10,171 nucleotides of DNA from an uncultured bacterium (GTDB taxonomy: Bacteria; Eisenbacteria; RBG-16-71-46; CAIMUX01; WJJG01), in the NCBI GenBank assembly GCA_964388535.1, contig CAYMBA010000092.1, forward strand, positions 1-10,171, given 5' to 3'. Position numbers and translations under genes: made by a program. Below the pieces are notes generated by a model. That model saw only the letters and a list, made by a program, of their open reading frames with translations. It was not told the origin of the DNA and searched no databases. Within the stretch, counting starts at the first letter, position 1; each line of letters opens with the position of its first letter. Positions 7,238 through 10,171 of the stretch are shown here, one piece after another.

Positions 7238-9430
7238 TCACTCCCATTCCAAAAAGCGCGCGATGAGCTTCTTGCGCTCTCCGGAGTTGAACGAGACAAC
7301 CACCTTGGCGCCCTCGCCAACCCCATCGGCCTCCACTACTATGCCGGCGCCGAAACTCTCATGAAAGACCCTTCTTCCAACAAGGGGATTCTCGAACGGA
7401 TCGTCTCTCCATCCCCCCGGCCCGTCGGGCCCGCCACGCCAAACATCCATGCGAGAGACAGAATCACTGGAGCCCTCCTCGCTTGCGTCTCCACCCACCG
7501 GGGTCTCCTCGTAGAGATCCTCGGGAAGCTCGAGCAGAAAGCGGGAGACACCACCATAGGAGGAGCTCAAACGCCGGCGGATCGTCGATGCCGAGAGCAC
7601 AAGGCGCTCCTTCGCCCTTGTGCAGGCAACGTAGAAAAGCCTTCGCTCCTCCTCCAACTCTGCCTCGTCGTAGAGGCTCGAAGCATGGGGGAAGAGTCCC
7701 TCTTCAAGCCCAACTACGAAAACGCAGCCAAACTCGAGTCCCTTCGCGTTGTGCGCAGTCATCAAGGAGACCGCATCTGAGCCGAGCTCCACAGTGTCGA
7801 TTTCCGACAGCAGGCTCACCGTGTCCATATACTCTCGCACCCCTCCGCCGGAGGTGGCCGAGAACTGCCTGGCACTCTCGAGGAGCTCCACGACGTTCTC
7901 CGCTCGCTCCTCCCAGTCAGGCGCCGTATCTTTCAAATGGCTTACGTAGTCGATCCGCTCGAGGATCTCCCCCAGAATCCGCTCCGGCGGCTCACTCACC
8001 CTGCGGCGCAGCTCGAGCATGAAGGAGGCAAATTCCATGAGCGCCCTGCGCGCCTTCCCCCTGATCGCCTCAGGAGGGCTGCCCGCTGCGATCTCTAGAG
8101 GATCCCGCCCACTGCGACGGGCCTCCTCGAGCAGCCTGGCAATCGACTGCTCCCCCACACCCCGGCGCGGCACGCCGAGGGCGCGTGCCAGGCTCGTTGC
8201 GTCCTTCGGATTGACAAGCACGCGCAGATAGGCAAGCAGATCCTTGACCTCCTTGCGCTGGTAGAAGTAGATGCCGCCCACGACGACGTACGGCACGCCG
8301 GCCCTCAACAGCGCATCCTCCAGCGGCCTCGACTGGGCATGGGTCCGATAGAACACCGCGATGTCCCGGTACCTGAAACGCCCCGAGGAAACCGCAGCCT
8401 GTATCCTGCGTGTCACCTCCTCGGCCTCCTCGTCCTCGTCCACAGCAACGAAGACGGCGGGCAGATCCCCACCCGGCCTTCGTGTCCAAAGGCGCTTGGT
8501 CCATCGACGCTTGTTGGCCGAGATAGCCGCATTCGCAATCGCCAGGATCTGGGGCGTGGAGCGGTAGTTCTGCTCGAGGCGGATCACCGTCGCCTCGGGG
8601 AAGTGCTCCTTGAACTCAAGGATGTTCCGCACGTCCGCGCCTCGCCAGCCGTATATGGACTGGTCGTCGTCACCAACGACGAAGATGTTCCTGTGACGCC
8701 GGGCTAGAAGCTCAACGATGCGGAACTGGACGTGATTCGTGTCCTGGTACTCATCCACCAGAACATGCATGAAGTGCCGCGAGTAAGCATCGGCTAGGGC
8801 CTCATTGCGCGAGAGCATGCGGTAGGCCAGAAGAAGCAGATCATCGAAATCGGCAGCGTTCTGTTGCCTCAGGGCGTCCTGATAGGCCCTGAACACCTTG
8901 GCCACCTGCCGCCGGGCCGGTGTGTCGGCTTCGGCTTCATAGGCATCGGCGTCCTTGGCTTCGTTCTTTGCCCTCCCGATAAGGGCCGCCATATCACGCA
9001 CTCGCTGCATCGACGCATCCAGACCAAGGTCCTTCATTGTGCGCTTCAGCAACCCCAGCTGATCCTCCCTGTCGAAGACACTCAGGCCCTCCTCAAACCC
9101 AGCCTCCCGGGCGTGGCTGCGCAACAGTCTTAGGCAGACCGAGTGGAAAGTGCCGATCCATAGCCCACGCACTGGCAACCCCAGCAAGCCGGCTATGCGC
9201 TCCCGCATCTCCCCGGCTGCTTTGTTGGTAAAAGTGACGGCCAGGATCCGGTCTGGGGATACGCCCTCTTGGCGAATCAACCATGCCACCCGATGCGTGA
9301 GTACGCGGGTCTTTCCGGATCCGGCGCCCGCTAGAATCAGCAGTGGACCGCCCGGGTGGGTGACCGCCCGGCGCTGCTCATCGTTGAGGCTATCGAGGAT
9401 GCTGTCCTTCTCTTGGCTAGGCAAAGCCAC
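7238..9430 (-). CDS. pcrA: ATP-dependent DNA helicase PcrA/UvrD (superfamily 1A)
   Basis: Walker A is present (AGAGSGKTRVLTHRVAWLI), along with motifs II and III (VLVDEYQDTN, FVVGDDDQSIYGWRGA) and a C-terminal Tudor-like tail. The first ~46 codons of the ORF-track ORF, whose start at 9568 is a TTG, translate to Arg/Gly/Pro-rich nonsense. The conserved N-terminus (DSILDSLNDEQRRAV) begins just after GTG 9430 or TTG 9424. The coordinate given uses the GTG; the exact start is uncertain. Confidence 0.88.
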   Translation of the reverse strand: MALPSQEKDSILDSLNDEQRRAVTHPGGPLLILAGAGSGKTRVLTHRVAWLIRQEGVSPDRILAVTFTNKAAGEMRERIAGLLGLPVRGLWIGTFHSVCLRLLRSHAREAGFEEGLSVFDREDQLGLLKRTMKDLGLDASMQRVRDMAALIGRAKNEAKDADAYEAEADTPARRQVAKVFRAYQDALRQQNAADFDDLLLLAYRMLSRNEALADAYSRHFMHVLVDEYQDTNHVQFRIVELLARRHRNIFVVGDDDQSIYGWRGADVRNILEFKEHFPEATVIRLEQNYRSTPQILAIANAAISANKRRWTKRLWTRRPGGDLPAVFVAVDEDEEAEEVTRRIQAAVSSGRFRYRDIAVFYRTHAQSRPLEDALLRAGVPYVVVGGIYFYQRKEVKDLLAYLRVLVNPKDATSLARALGVPRRGVGEQSIARLLEEARRSGRDPLEIAAGSPPEAIRGKARRALMEFASFMLELRRRVSEPPERILGEILERIDYVSHLKDTAPDWEERAENVVELLESARQFSATSGGGVREYMDTVSLLSEIDTVELGSDAVSLMTAHNAKGLEFGCVFVVGLEEGLFPHASSLYDEAELEEERRLFYVACTRAKERLVLSASTIRRRLSSSYGGVSRFLLELPEDLYEETPVGGDASEEGSSDSVSRMDVWRGGPDGPGGWRDDPFENPLVGRRVFHESFGAGIVVEADGVGEGAKVVVSFNSGERKKLIARFLEWE

Positions 9431-9468
9431 CCCCTGCCGTGGGAATCTCCCCAATCTGACACTCGTTG

Positions 9469-9484
9469 CCCCGGTTCCCCGGGG
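9469..9484 (-). other. Stable GC hairpin in the pcrA 5' leader: CCCCGG-GGAA-CCGGGG on the minus strand, a 6-bp stem with a GNRA-type tetraloop
   Basis: The perfect inverted repeat is seen directly in the sequence. It lies ~40 nt upstream of the proposed pcrA start and ~125 nt downstream of the upstream gene's stop. No U-run follows it, so it is not a canonical intrinsic terminator. Confidence 0.45.
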
Positions 9485-9608
9485 AGGCAAATTACGCGGG
9501 CACCTGCAGCCGGGCCAGGTGCGCCCGCCGGCAAGACCACAGGCGCCTTCTTGCACACCCAGGCGCAATTGCGGGCACTTCCCTTCGTCGAACCCGCATA
9601 TTGGGACT

Positions 9609-10171
9609 TCACTCGTACTCGAACCGGCAGCTTATGTCCATGCTGTATTCCTCTTTGAACCCGCCTCCGCTCTTCTTGTCCCTGGCGACACCAGCGCGGA
9701 GAAAGAAGAGACGGCTGAGGCGGTAGCTCATAGAGACCTCCCTCGACGGGTCCGGCGAGACGTCTTGTGCGTAGTTCACCACGAACCTCGGCGTGACCAC
9801 TGGCCTCAACATGAGCCGCATCGGCTCGGTCTCAGCCGAACTCGGCTGTATCGCCAGCCTTGAGAACAAAGGAGACTGCTGGACGAGGTTCGTTTCAACG
9901 CGATCGACGAGTTCGGTTATGAGCAACCGCTGCGTCTCCGATCCCGCTGCAGATGTACTTGAAGCAAAGCGTCCAAAGGCAAGTAGCTCCATGATTTCCT
10001 CTTCGCTAAGGGCTGGGTCCGAAGAGAGAGAGACTGATAGCTCCTCGGGAGGCCCATGCACGTGCACCTGGATCGTAACGGTCTCCCTCGGCCCGCCATC
10101 CCGGCTAGGCATGGTCACACTGGTCTCGGCGTCGATCTCAAGCAAGACCTCTGGGCCGTTTGCCGTCTCCA
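9609..10171 (-). CDS. TamB-like (DUF490, translocation and assembly module) protein, C-terminal part; the 5' end lies beyond the right edge of the window
   Basis: The frame is open from the window edge to a TGA at 9611..9609. The in-window 'start' in the ORF track is only an internal TTG. The motif SDPALSEEEIMELLAFGR closely resembles the DUF490 signature of TamB (E. coli SDPALPQDEILSLLLFGR). The sequence ends in a beta-strand-like tail. Confidence 0.55.
   Translation of the reverse strand, partial: ETANGPEVLLEIDAETSVTMPSRDGGPRETVTIQVHVHGPPEELSVSLSSDPALSEEEIMELLAFGRFASSTSAAGSETQRLLITELVDRVETNLVQQSPLFSRLAIQPSSAETEPMRLMLRPVVTPRFVVNYAQDVSPDPSREVSMSYRLSRLFFLRAGVARDKKSGGGFKEEYSMDISCRFEYE

Noticed and set aside
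9337-9612. 91-aa minus-strand ORF starting with GTG and overlapping the TamB-like stop and the pcrA N-terminus
   Set aside because: It is out of frame with the conserved pcrA N-terminus, and it spans the hairpin and leader. Its composition is unremarkable and it has no motif, so it is probably spurious.
9585-9630. tRNA-like GGTTCGA T-loop motifs
   Set aside because: No acceptor, D or anticodon arms could be built around either motif. A 17-nt loop sits between GCGGG and CCCGC, not a 7-nt T-loop. One copy lies inside the TamB-like coding sequence.
1-10171. Search for CRISPR arrays, IS/transposase genes, integrases and long direct or inverted repeats
   Set aside because: No repeat-spacer periodicity, no transposase- or integrase-like ORF, and no long terminal inverted repeats were seen. 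The only repeats are short tandem tracts inside coding sequence.

Overview
This is a high-GC (~65-68%) bacterial chromosomal segment in which every supportable gene lies on the minus strand. Reading right to left, it holds the 3' part of a TamB-like (DUF490) gene, a PcrA/UvrD helicase gene, gatC-gatA-gatB, purD, purE, a 209-nt gap, and an SPFH/Band-7 (YdjI-like, PF13421-type) gene that ends in three tandem zinc ribbons. Immediately after it, a zinc-ribbon protein gene (447..1, running off the window edge) is absent from the ORF track; I read it by hand. Most of the window is ordinary housekeeping (purine synthesis, tRNA amidotransferase, repair helicase) in a Firmicutes-like pcrA/gatCAB/pur arrangement. 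The accessory-looking part is the left ~1.7 kb: the SPFH-3xZn-ribbon protein plus the adjacent Zn-ribbon protein, a two-gene membrane-scaffold / phage-shock-like candidate module, truncated by the window edge. Several ORF-track starts need revising: gatA starts at ATG 6846, not 6909, and pcrA at about 9430/9424, not 9568. No tRNA, rRNA, CRISPR array, IS element or canonical rho-independent terminator was found. The large plus-strand ORFs are antisense shadows of the minus-strand genes.
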